A stretch of DNA of 64,000 bases from Streptosporangiaceae bacterium (lineage in GTDB: Bacteria; Actinomycetota; Actinomycetes; Streptosporangiales; Streptosporangiaceae): the NCBI GenBank assembly GCA_036488155.1, contig DASXIA010000321.1, forward strand, positions 16,023 to 80,022, in the 5' to 3' direction. Position 1 is the stretch's first letter. Each line of letters begins with the position of its first letter. Below, one piece after another: positions 56,056 to 64,000 of this stretch. The position numbers were made by a program, and so were the translations under genes. The notes under the pieces are model-generated. The model made no database searches. It saw only the letters and a program-made list of their open reading frames with translations, and had not been told where the DNA came from.

Positions 56056-57191
56056 CGGGCATCGAGCGGCACCCAGTGCATGCCGCGCTTCCCGATGTAC
56101 TCACTGTCCGGCCGGATAAGCCGGTTGTCAGCGTGTTGCTCGATCACGTGCGCCGTCCAGCCGGCCATCCGGCTAGCGGAAAAGACCGGTGTGAACAACT
56201 CAGTCGGGATACCGAGGTAGTGATAGACCGTTGCGGCGAAGAAGTCGACGTTCGGGAACAAGCCCTTCTCCGCCAGCACGACCTCTTCCATCCGGCGGGA
56301 CATCCGGTAATAAGTGTCGTCGCCGCTGGCGGTTGCCAGCTCTTCCGACATCTTGCGCAGGTGCGTTGCCCGCGGGTCCTCGGTCTTGTACACCCTGTGC
56401 CCGAAGCCCATGATCTTCTCACCCTGGGCGAGCCGGTCGCTCACCTGCCTGGTGACCGCGTCCAGCGGGTCCCCGCCTGACTGCCTGATTGCCTCAAGAC
56501 CACGCATGACCTGCTCGTTAGCCCCGCCATGCAGCGGCCCGGACAAGGTCCCGAGTGCCGCGACCACGGCTGAATGCATGTCGGCCAGCGTCGCTGCGCA
56601 CACTCTGGCGGCGAACGTCGACGCGTTCATGGTGTGGTCGGCGTGCAGCACCAGGCAGGTGTCGAGAATCTCGGCGGCCCTCGGCTCTGGGCGCTCGCCC
56701 GTGAGCTGCAGCAGGAAGTTGGCAGCAGTGCCGAAGCTGGAATCAGCCGCCGGAAGGTCCCGGCCAAGGCGCGCCGCGTGGTAGGCGGCGATCAGCACCG
56801 GCTGCTGCGCGGTCAGCCGGGCGGCTTTGCGCAGATTTGCCGCAGGCTCGTTCGACTCGGCGTCCGGATCGTCGGCGCTACCGAGCGACACCAGGCTCCG
56901 GAGCGCTTCCATGGGCCGCTGATGGCGGGCAATAGCTGGCAGGTCATCGCGGGCCAGCGCGCCGGGCTGGCGGCCAGCGGTGAGCTCGGCCCGGTAGCCG
57001 TCTAGCTCCCCGCGGTCGGGGGCATGACCGCGCTGCAGCAGGAAGGCGATCTCTTCGAAGGAGGCGTTGCCGGCTAGCTCGTGAATGTCGTAACCACGGT
57101 AGAAAAGCAGCCCGGCCTTACCGTCGATGTCGCTCAGCGCAGTAGCTGCGGCAACGACATCCGCCAGGCCCCTGGCTGGCGCCTCCGCCAT
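56052..57191 (-). CDS. Citrate synthase (small type; CitA / 2-methylcitrate synthase-like)
   Basis: LLFYRGYDIHELA..., LVLHADHTMNASTFA, GPLHGGANE, GFGHRVYKTEDPR and DFF... are citrate synthase catalytic motifs. The start is ATG 57191, preceded by GAGGAGGA; the longest ORF starts at 57344. Confidence 0.92.
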   Translation of the reverse strand: MAEAPARGLADVVAAATALSDIDGKAGLLFYRGYDIHELAGNASFEEIAFLLQRGHAPDRGELDGYRAELTAGRQPGALARDDLPAIARHQRPMEALRSLVSLGSADDPDAESNEPAANLRKAARLTAQQPVLIAAYHAARLGRDLPAADSSFGTAANFLLQLTGERPEPRAAEILDTCLVLHADHTMNASTFAARVCAATLADMHSAVVAALGTLSGPLHGGANEQVMRGLEAIRQSGGDPLDAVTRQVSDRLAQGEKIMGFGHRVYKTEDPRATHLRKMSEELATASGDDTYYRMSRRMEEVVLAEKGLFPNVDFFAATVYHYLGIPTELFTPVFSASRMAGWTAHVIEQHADNRLIRPDSEYIGKRGMHWVPLDAR

Positions 57192-57358
57192 ATGTCCTCC
57201 TCGCGCACCGCTCGGTGGGCAGTGTACTTGCGTGCCCTGGCTTCTCCCGACTTGCCCCAAGCGCTCCGGCTTTACGCTCGGCCGGCATGGATTTGACGAG
57301 AGCTGGGTAACCCTGAGGTGACACCTCACTAGCTGGCCGGACATGCCGGAGGCACGTC

Positions 57359-58015
57359 ATGGAGACCCCCCACATCCGGATCGAGAGCACCGGCGTTGTC
57401 ATGATGCTGCGCCCGGAAGTGACGACTATCGGCCGAGGCAGGTCGGTTGACGTTCGCCTCGATCACCCCAGCGTCTCGAAGCTGCACGCTGAGATCGTCC
57501 GCAGGGGACCGTACGCTTACGTTAGCGACTTGGGTTTATCTCGGCACGGCACACGGGTTAACGGCAAGGTCGTCGCTCAGCGACTGCTGGAGAACGGCGA
57601 CGTGCTGTCGTTCGGATCGCAGCGGTGCCGGGTCGGCGGGCTGGCGACCGAGGCCGCGCTGCCAGAGACCGAGCCGCGCCGGTCCGCTGTGCCGGAGCTG
57701 ACCCGGCGCGAGATCGACGTCGTGGCCGCGCTGTGCAAACCGGCTCTGTGCGACGACGCGTTCGTGACTCCGGCAACAGCCAGGGACATCGCAGCCGACC
57801 TCGTCGTGACCGAAGCCGCCGTGAAGCAGCATCTGCTGCGGCTCTACCAGAAGCTGAAGATCGCCGAGGGGCCGAACCGGCGGGTCAGGCTGGCTAACGA
57901 GGTGGTGGCGCGGGGCCTGGTCCGACCGCTCCCCGCAGCCGGCGGCACTTCGGCGCTCCCAGCAGGACAGACGTGGCCGCGCGACACGGCCGCGCCGTCT
58001 CAGATCGCGAGCTGA
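57359..58015 (+). CDS. FHA-domain / LuxR-type HTH fusion regulator
   Basis: N-terminal FHA: TTIGRGRSVDVRLDHPSVSKLHAEIVRRGPYAYVSDLGLSRHGTRVNGKVV...GDVLSFG. C-terminal GerE/LuxR HTH: LTRREIDVVAAL...ARDIAADLVVTEAAVKQHLLRLYQKLKI. Confidence 0.8.
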   Translation: METPHIRIESTGVVMMLRPEVTTIGRGRSVDVRLDHPSVSKLHAEIVRRGPYAYVSDLGLSRHGTRVNGKVVAQRLLENGDVLSFGSQRCRVGGLATEAALPETEPRRSAVPELTRREIDVVAALCKPALCDDAFVTPATARDIAADLVVTEAAVKQHLLRLYQKLKIAEGPNRRVRLANEVVARGLVRPLPAAGGTSALPAGQTWPRDTAAPSQIAS

Positions 58016-58114
58016 CCCGGTACGCGAGTGCCAGCCTGGCCCACGCCGCGCTGCGCGACCAGGCCGGGAACGGCAGTTCAGCGGGTTGGCCGCGGCCGGC
58101 CCGCTGGCTGTGGC

Positions 58115-59917
58115 TCAGAGCCGTCCGAGCCAGTGGGCTAGCTGCCTGCCCAGGTCGGTCACATGGCCCGAGTAGTGGTTCAGGGCCGGATGGGCGAAAG
58201 TGGCCGATTGCAGCTGGTTGCCGAGGTGCCAGTCTGGCCAGTAGCCGGGTGTGCTGGTCGCGGCCGCGACCACCACGCCAGCGACCATTGCCGCGAGGCC
58301 AAGCGATCCGATGGCCGCTGCCAGGCCGGAGCGCGCGACCCGGCCGTAGAACATGCTGAGCGGACGGCGGCAGGCGCGCGAGCCCGGCCCGATGCAGTAA
58401 CAGGCCACGAGCGCGCCGGCTGCGAAGCCACCCGCCCGCGGCAGCTCAGTCTGGCCGCCCGCCAGAACGGCCAGAACCGCCGCCACGGCGGCGCACAGCA
58501 GCGCCAGCGGCGCCCGCAGCAGGAAGCTCAGCACCGAGCGGCAGACCGCCCAAGGGTAAAACGCAGTCGCTGAGACCGGATCGCTAGACCGCGGACCTTG
58601 CCGCGACCGCCGCCGGCTCAGCCATGCGGTAGTCACGTCGGTCGCGTGCAACAGCACGAGGACCCCGAGTGCAGCCACCGCTCCGGCAATCGGCAGCAGC
58701 ACGCTGATGGCCACGAGCGCTGCCAGCGTCGCCAGCACCAGCGGCAGCCGGGCTGCCTGGCTCGGTGACCGCGCGGCAGATCCCGGCCGGGCTGGCGGCG
58801 CCTGACCTCCGGCCAGCTGGCCGCGGCCCGCCGACCCCTGAAGCCCTGACCCTGGCGGCGCGGACCATGGCTGCACTGACCCCGGCGGCACAGTGGGGGT
58901 TCCAATCAGCTGGCCAGGGCGGGCTGGTGCCGGGCTGTAGCGCACCGGTGTCAGCAGGTCGGCGAAGTCGTCCTGCGGCCGTGCCCCCATCGGCCTGGTC
59001 CCCGGCCAGATTGGGGAGGCGGCCGCAGGCAACTGCTGGGCGCCGTCAACTGCCGTGTGCGTCGCCTGACTCACCAGGGCCGCGTTGAGGGCTGCTCCGG
59101 CGGGCGCGGCCACTAGCGTTTCCGGCTTCAGGCCTGCTGCGAAATCCGCCAGCTCGGCCGCGGAGGGTCGTCGGCTCGGATCCCTGGCCAGGGCCGCCAC
59201 CACGATCGGCAGCAGCGCGGCGGGCATACAGTCCAGCTCAGGTTGGCCGTGAACGATGCGGTAGAAGATGGTCTCGAACTGGCCTGTGCCGAACGGTGGC
59301 TTGCCGGTGGCCGCGTACGCCACCGTTGCAGCCCATGAGTGGACGTCGGCGGCTGGACCGCTCGTGCTGCCCTCAATGACCTCAGGAGCGAGGTAACCGG
59401 GCGTTCCCATGAACATGCCTGTCATGGTCAGCCGGGTCGAATCCAGAGCCTGGGCGATGCCGAAGTCGATGACGACGGGCTGGCCGTCTACCAGCATGAT
59501 GTTGCCTGGCTTCAGGTCGCGGTGCACCACGCCCGCCGCGTGCACCGCCACCAGCGCCGCGGCCAGGCCGCGGGCCAGGCTGGCGAGGGCTGCGCCGGCG
59601 AGCGGCCCGTGTTCCCCGACCACGTCGTCAAGGGTCCGGCCGGCCACATATCTGGTCACGATGTATGGTTGATCGGCCTCAATGTCCGCATCGACGACCT
59701 CGGCGACAAAGGGACTATGCACCAGGCGCATGGTCGCCACCTCGCGCGCGAGCCGACGGCGCGCGGTAGCCTCGGCGGCCACGCCCTGACGGAGGACCTT
59801 AACCGCCACCAGGCTGCCATCAGGATCGCTGGCCAGATAGACCACGCCCATGCCGCCCTCGCCCAGCTGCTCTCGCAGCAGGTAAGGACCGAGCCGGCCC
59901 CCCGAGTGGGCATCCAT
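58115..59917 (-). CDS. Ser/Thr protein kinase with polytopic C-terminal membrane domain
   Basis: LGEGGMGVVYLA, VAVKVL, HRDLKPGNIML, DFGIA and GTPGYLAPE. The C-terminal ~250 aa contains at least four hydrophobic helices and no PASTA repeats. Confidence 0.9.
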   Translation of the reverse strand: MDAHSGGRLGPYLLREQLGEGGMGVVYLASDPDGSLVAVKVLRQGVAAEATARRRLAREVATMRLVHSPFVAEVVDADIEADQPYIVTRYVAGRTLDDVVGEHGPLAGAALASLARGLAAALVAVHAAGVVHRDLKPGNIMLVDGQPVVIDFGIAQALDSTRLTMTGMFMGTPGYLAPEVIEGSTSGPAADVHSWAATVAYAATGKPPFGTGQFETIFYRIVHGQPELDCMPAALLPIVVAALARDPSRRPSAAELADFAAGLKPETLVAAPAGAALNAALVSQATHTAVDGAQQLPAAASPIWPGTRPMGARPQDDFADLLTPVRYSPAPARPGQLIGTPTVPPGSVQPWSAPPGSGLQGSAGRGQLAGGQAPPARPGSAARSPSQAARLPLVLATLAALVAISVLLPIAGAVAALGVLVLLHATDVTTAWLSRRRSRQGPRSSDPVSATAFYPWAVCRSVLSFLLRAPLALLCAAVAAVLAVLAGGQTELPRAGGFAAGALVACYCIGPGSRACRRPLSMFYGRVARSGLAAAIGSLGLAAMVAGVVVAAATSTPGYWPDWHLGNQLQSATFAHPALNHYSGHVTDLGRQLAHWLGRL

Positions 59918-59972
59918 AGTGCTATAGCCTACGGGTCGCCCCGCGAGGGCAGGTGCCCCATAGTGTCCACAG

Positions 59973-60383
59973 CTAGCTCCCTGCGACCAGCCGGCGCAGC
60001 GCCTCGGCCGTCTGCGCGTTCTGCTCCGCGTGGCCGACCAGGGCCTTTGCTAGCTCCGCCGCCCACTGGCCAACCTGGACCGGTTGCCTGGACAGCACGA
60101 CTCCGCGCACCTCGCGGCAGATCTCGGCGGCGGGCGCGCCGCCAGTCAGCCGGAGCGTCATCACCTGCTCGCCCAGCCGGACTGTGATCTTCGATACCGC
60201 TCCAGGACGGCCTTTCACCCGGTCCGACATCGACCTGTCCCGGTCGACCGTCACGCAGTTGTCCGGCAGGGCATCGCCCAGCGACTCGGTCAGAACCTTG
60301 GCGTAGATCGCGATATCGCTGCTATCGGCGCGCAGCGCCGCCGTCACCATATCCAGCGACGGGCTGTCTGCGGGCTCCATCAT
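59973..60383 (-). CDS. Hypothetical protein upstream of, and co-oriented with, the kinase
   Basis: 136-aa ORF with high-GC third positions. I do not recognise a family. Confidence 0.5.
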   Translation of the reverse strand: MMEPADSPSLDMVTAALRADSSDIAIYAKVLTESLGDALPDNCVTVDRDRSMSDRVKGRPGAVSKITVRLGEQVMTLRLTGGAPAAEICREVRGVVLSRQPVQVGQWAAELAKALVGHAEQNAQTAEALRRLVAGS

Positions 60384-60477
60384 CGCTGCCGCGTCCTCAT
60401 TCTCGGTCGGTTGCTGTCTCGCAGGTCACGCTCATGTCCTCGCGCGTGGCATCACTGGTTGGCTCTATCAGGCCCGG

Positions 60478-61257
60478 TCACCGGCCGCTGAAAGTCGCCT
60501 TCCCAGGTCCATTCTCCAGGAAGCTGCGCATCCCCGCGCGCGCGTCATCGGTGCCGAACAGGCCGGCGAAGCTGACTCGCTCGAACTCGAGCCCGGTGGC
60601 CAGGTCGGTGTCCAGGCTGACGTCCACGGCTCTCTTGGCCGCGGCAATCGCGATTGCCGGGCCGCTGGCATATCCAGCCGCCATCTCCAGTGCCACCTGA
60701 TAGACCTGATCGTCGGGCACGACCTTATCCGCGAGCCCGATGGCCAGGGCTTCGGCCGCGTCAACGAACCTGCCGGTGAATATCATGTCCTTGGCCTTCG
60801 CCGGACCGATCAGCCTGGGCAGCCGCTGGGTGCCGCCTGCACCGGGTATCAAGCCGAGCAGGATCTCCGGCTGGCCGACCTTGGCGCTCTGGCCCAGCAC
60901 GCGGAAGTCCGCGCACAACGCCAGTTCGAGGCCGCCGCCGAGCGCGTAGCCGGTGACCGCGGCAATGACCGGCTTTCCGATGGTGGCCACCGCATTGAGC
61001 GCGCCTTGCAGCCTGCTGCTGTTCTGCGTCATCTCTGCGTAGCTGGCCTCCGCCATCTCCTTGATGTCAGCGCCGGCCGCGAAGAGCTTCTCGCCGCCAT
61101 ACAGGACGACTGCGTGCACCCCGTCGTCCGCGCAGACCTGCGCCACCGCGGCGGCAAGGTCGGCCTGAAGCGCGCCGTTGAGCGCATTCATTGGCGGCCT
61201 GTTCAGCCTGATGGTGGCGACCGCTTGCGCAGCCTCCACGACTACCAGCTCGCTCAT
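60478..61257 (-). CDS. Enoyl-CoA hydratase (crotonase family)
   Basis: ATIRLNRPPMNAL, FAAGADIKEM and AVTGYALGGGLELALCAD. The start is set at ATG 61257 (MSELVVV). Confidence 0.9.
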   Translation of the reverse strand: MSELVVVEAAQAVATIRLNRPPMNALNGALQADLAAAVAQVCADDGVHAVVLYGGEKLFAAGADIKEMAEASYAEMTQNSSRLQGALNAVATIGKPVIAAVTGYALGGGLELALCADFRVLGQSAKVGQPEILLGLIPGAGGTQRLPRLIGPAKAKDMIFTGRFVDAAEALAIGLADKVVPDDQVYQVALEMAAGYASGPAIAIAAAKRAVDVSLDTDLATGLEFERVSFAGLFGTDDARAGMRSFLENGPGKATFSGR

Positions 61258-61309
61258 CTTGTACCTCCCGTGCCGAGCCAAGATCCTACGCAGCCCGGAC
61301 CGGGGGCAG

Positions 61310-61741
61310 CTAGCCGGAGCGGGGGCCCTGCCGCGGGAACTGATCAGCCGACCCGCCGAACCCATCCGAGGGCTGAGTATGGCAGTCGCACTGGCAACTC
61401 AGCGAGGTGCACGGGCTACTCGCGGCCGAGCCTGTGCACAGGCCGAGCAGACAAGCTGGCGACAGCACGAAGTCAAGTTCCATGCTGTGCATGGCCGGCG
61501 GGCCGCTCGACAGCACAAGGTCGGCTGCCCGGGCTAGAGCGCGTGCCGCTGGCAGAAGCCGGGACTCCAGGCTCGTCTTCGACACCCTGCTAAGGCACCG
61601 GCCAGCGGCCTGGGCGTCGGACCGCAGGAAGGCAGCGAAGGCATCGAGGCACGCCTGTTCTTCCGCCGAGCGAGTGTGCTGGCCGCCGCGACTGCGGCCG
61701 CGACCTTGTTGCGGCCCGTCCAGGGAGAGCGATACTCCCAT
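61310..61741 (-). CDS. Hypothetical small protein with Cys-rich C-terminal region
   Basis: Third-position G/C is high from ATG 61741 onward (AGGGGG lies upstream) and lower before it. The C-terminus reads ...MELDFVLSPACLLGLCTGSAASSPCTSLSCQCDCHTQPSDGF. I do not recognise a family. Confidence 0.4.
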   Translation of the reverse strand: MGVSLSLDGPQQGRGRSRGGQHTRSAEEQACLDAFAAFLRSDAQAAGRCLSRVSKTSLESRLLPAARALARAADLVLSSGPPAMHSMELDFVLSPACLLGLCTGSAASSPCTSLSCQCDCHTQPSDGFGGSADQFPRQGPRSG

Positions 61742-61945
61742 CTGCTGCCCCCTACTCGGCTTACCAGCAAAAACAGGTACCGACCGTCCATCACGGTACT
61801 GCCGAGTTCTGCGAAGGGTCAAGGCTTCGCGCGAAGTTCCTTGCGTTCTGCAATTCGCACAGTGGGTGCGTAAGCTGCACATATAACCGCGTCAGCAGCG
61901 GCTGAATGGTTGGACAACGTGCGAAGTTTGTGCGAAGGTACGAGC

Positions 61946-62380
61946 ATGGCTGATCGACCTGACCCGCCTGCCTGGGGCCTGCTCATCGCTGCCGCGCTGC
62001 GCGAGGCCGGGATTTCGGCGCGGGAGGCCGCTCGCCGTGCTGGCATCAGCGAGGGCAGGTGGCGGCAGATCGCCGGCGGATACCAGGTCGTCAGTCCGGG
62101 CGTTTACGCTCACGTTCGCGGCCCGGCAGCGACACTGGCCAGGATGGCGACGGTGGCCGGGGTGACGCCGGAACAACTGACTGCGGCGGGCCGTGACGAT
62201 GCCGCCAGGATCATGCTGCGCCAGCAGGAGGACCGGCCGTCCGGGGACGAGATGCTCGCGCGCATCCGGGCCATGGATACCGATCAAGCCCGTGAGCTTC
62301 TCGCGACGATTGCGCTCCAGCTTGGCGTCAATCTCCCCGGATCCCAGCAGGACGAGGGCGACCGCCGATACGGCACGTGA
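61946..62380 (+). CDS. Helix-turn-helix (XRE-like) domain protein
   Basis: LLIAAALREAGISAREAARRAGISEGRWRQIAGG is an HTH pattern. The start is set at ATG 61946. Confidence 0.55.
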   Translation: MADRPDPPAWGLLIAAALREAGISAREAARRAGISEGRWRQIAGGYQVVSPGVYAHVRGPAATLARMATVAGVTPEQLTAAGRDDAARIMLRQQEDRPSGDEMLARIRAMDTDQARELLATIALQLGVNLPGSQQDEGDRRYGT

Positions 62381-62746
62381 CAGCTGCGTGCGGGATTGCG
62401 GATAGCGGTCGCGAAAGCCAAACCTTGCCCGCATTCTCGCGCGCGTCTGGTTGCGCTCGCGGGACCGGGCCGCGCTCGCCCGACGTCGAAGCGGGCACGG
62501 GTGCCGCGTAGTAGGTCGTGGACGGGGCGCTGGCGCGGGCGACCTTAGCGCCCGCGCGGCGCAAGCGGCCCCCGGCCCGCATCGCGCTACCCGGCGCCGG
62601 GTCAGCCGCAGCGACCCAGGAGAGGATCAATTGCGCCGGGCAGCCGGCTCACTGGCCGCCGCAGTGTCCCTGGTAACGCCGCTCACCTCCCCGGCAAGTC
62701 CGAAACAGGTGGATATCTGAACTACCTGCGCGCATGACCGAGAGAA

Positions 62747-62774
62747 CCTGCCCCAGGACCGCCACTGGGGCAGG
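62747..62774 (-). terminator. Perfect 10-bp stem / 8-nt loop hairpin 12 nt downstream of bldC
   Basis: CCTGCCCCAG-gaccgcca-CTGGGGCAGG. It can be extended by an outer ATGACCGAG/CTCGGTCAT pairing (62734-62742 with 62781-62789). Confidence 0.55.
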
Positions 62775-62785
62775 CACCTGCTCGG

Positions 62786-63004
62786 TCATTCCCCGGACGC
62801 ACGCTGCAGTGAAACGCCCTGCCAGCCATTCAGGAAACCACGGACTTCGCTCTCGCTGTACCGACGGTGACCACCGGGGGTACGGATTGATGAGAGCTTT
62901 CCGCCGCGCGCCCAGCGGGTAACAGTCTTCGGGTCAACCCGAAGCATTGCAGCGACCTCGGCCGGGGTGAGAAGACGGTTGTCCGGCTTGATCTGAGTTC
63001 TCAC
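62786..63004 (-). CDS. bldC: BldC-like MerR/excisionase-type small DNA-binding developmental regulator
   Basis: 72 aa. LLTPAEVAAMLRVDPKTVTRWARGGKLSSIRTPGGHRRYSESEVRGFL is near-identical in pattern to Streptomyces BldC as I recall it. Confidence 0.8.
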   Translation of the reverse strand: MRTQIKPDNRLLTPAEVAAMLRVDPKTVTRWARGGKLSSIRTPGGHRRYSESEVRGFLNGWQGVSLQRASGE

Positions 63005-63346
63005 GAGGAGGATCCTCTCGCACTCGGGGGTAATGGTCTGGTGACAGAACGTAACGATTCATGACCGTCACTTACTGGCATCGCTGTATCACAGGATGTC
63101 ACATCGACTCTGGCTTTGCTGGCGTTCTCACTAGCACGGCCGGAAAATCCCTTGGGTGACGGATGATGTCGTTGCTATGACGACGCGCCCGACAGGGACG
63201 CGGTTTACCCGTCAGCCTGGGGAGTTCTAAGGCGCCATGTCGGAATTAAGGCGCCAGAACGCCCCCCATAAGCCGGTCGCCGTTGGCGCGCCCGTTATCG
63301 TCGGGTCGCCGTTGGCCGATGGCAGCGGGCGGGCTGACGGCAGCCG

Positions 63347-64000
63347 TTAGCGCAGGTCGCCGTTGACCATTCCGGCCGGCGCATCGGGCAGCGTGACCAG
63401 GCCAAGCTCGGCAGGACCTGCCAGTAGCCGGTGCTTCGGCAGCACTCGAACCGTGTAACCGAACGGGCCTGGCTCCCCGAGCTCGGCGGCACCGGTATAC
63501 CTGGCAACGCCACCCGGTCCTGCTTCCCCGTCCAGCCGGAGGGCTGACCGGGACGGTTCGATGATCTCATCGGACTCCCCCGCGCGGCCGTACACGACCT
63601 CCACCGTCAGGTCGTCGGGCGTCAGCGTCCCGAGCGCCACGCTGGCCCGGACGATCAGCTGCCCGCCAGGGCTCAGGTCGCCATCATCGGCTTCGACGTG
63701 CTCGACCCGGACCGCGGGCCAGGCCGCGATCATCCGCTGCTTCCAGGCGGCAAGCTGCCGAGCGCCGTCGAACAGCGCGCCGCCAGGCGTGACCGGGTCG
63801 GTCAGCGCTCGGGATGACCGGGCGGCGGGCGCATACAGGTCGGTAACGTACTGCCGGACCATCCTCGTAGCCAGCGCGCGCGGCCCCAGCCCGCGCAGCG
63901 TGTGCGACACCATCTCCAGCCACCGCCCGGGCAGCCCGTCGCCGCTGGTGTCGTAGAACAGCGGCGCGACCGACTTGCCGATCAGGTCGTACAGCGCTGC
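63347..64000 (-). CDS. glgP: Alpha-glucan (glycogen/maltodextrin) phosphorylase, C-terminal fragment (gene continues past the right edge)
   Basis: The frame stays open to position 64000 (AALYDLIGKSVAPLFYDTSGDGLPGRWLEMVSHTLRGLGP...). The C-terminal ...FGYTVRVLPKHRLLA... matches actinobacterial GlgP-type phosphorylases. Confidence 0.75.
   Translation of the reverse strand, partial: AALYDLIGKSVAPLFYDTSGDGLPGRWLEMVSHTLRGLGPRALATRMVRQYVTDLYAPAARSSRALTDPVTPGGALFDGARQLAAWKQRMIAAWPAVRVEHVEADDGDLSPGGQLIVRASVALGTLTPDDLTVEVVYGRAGESDEIIEPSRSALRLDGEAGPGGVARYTGAAELGEPGPFGYTVRVLPKHRLLAGPAELGLVTLPDAPAGMVNGDLR

Noticed and set aside
61310-61500. Lanthipeptide/RiPP biosynthetic cluster around the Cys/Ser/Thr-rich ORF
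   Set aside because: No LanB/LanC/LanM/LanKC, YcaO, radical-SAM or RiPP-type ABC exporter gene is adjacent. The nearby kinase (58115-59917) has a membrane C-terminus, not a lyase/cyclase architecture. I keep this only as a low-interest note.
62328-62720. Overlapping ORFs of 100 aa (minus strand) and 89 aa (plus strand) between the HTH gene and bldC
   Set aside because: Both have fairly high third-position GC, neither resembles a known family, and they are mutually exclusive. The sequence alone does not tell me which of them, if either, is real.
62786-63004. Prophage excisionase marking an integrated element in the lower-GC 61.3-63.3 kb patch
   Set aside because: The 72-aa protein matches the conserved chromosomal developmental regulator BldC. 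No integrase, att-like tRNA or phage genes are nearby.
1-64000. tRNA, rRNA, tmRNA, RNase P, transposase/IS elements
   Set aside because: All intergenic gaps longer than 100 bp were read on both strands. I saw no cloverleaf-compatible sequence, no rRNA-like stretch, and no transposase or integrase translation in the ORF track.

Overview
High-GC actinobacterial chromosome segment made up almost entirely of core metabolism. Part of the gene order recalls the Mycobacterium tuberculosis uvrD1-sucCD-perM-purNH block.

Gene content, left to right:
- etfA (partial), etfB, folD
- a secreted phosphoesterase fused to a beta-propeller
- purH, purN
- an orphan secreted PstS-like protein
- perM-like membrane protein, sucD, sucC
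- an orphan B12-binding domain, an arginase-fold protein with altered metal ligands, a CGNR zinc-finger regulator
- pcrA/uvrD, a Uma2 nuclease
- an APC permease with saccharopine-dehydrogenase-like and aldehyde dehydrogenase genes, then an SDR
- a YefM/RelE toxin-antitoxin pair, a BtuF-like protein, an Mth938-like protein, an alpha/beta hydrolase
- a form II CoxS-CoxL-CoxM molybdoenzyme with an unusual CoxG fusion
- a non-canonical pst phosphate-transport operon
- a PIG-L deacetylase, kynureninase
- a TetR / DsbA-like / mycothiol-type (DinB/MDMPI) operon, an MFS exporter
- guaA, a CNNM/CorC protein, an M20 amidohydrolase, an ArsR-SRPBCC pair
- mdh, icd, citrate synthase
- an FHA-LuxR regulator convergent with a Ser/Thr kinase
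- enoyl-CoA hydratase, a small Cys-rich ORF, an HTH protein, bldC, glgP (partial)

I found no rRNA, tRNA, CRISPR array, transposase or integrase.

The strongest candidate for something undescribed is the pst locus at 31.7-40.0 kb. pstC-pstA and pstB are separated by three translationally coupled genes:
- an ~826-aa surface protein with a degenerate PstS-like domain
- a bona fide PstS that carries a C-terminal membrane anchor instead of a lipobox
- a sortase-fold protein lacking the catalytic His, Cys and Arg

PhoP-type PHO-box-like 11-nt direct repeats sit upstream of pstC, of the secreted phosphoesterase and of the orphan PstS-like gene. This suggests a dispersed Pho regulon in this window.

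Secondary items include a CoxG / RNA-polymerase-alpha-CTD-like / tail-anchor fusion, a dispersed intergenic repeat family, and the FHA-LuxR regulator.

All calls rest on reading the ORF translations and the DNA by eye. No database search was run.
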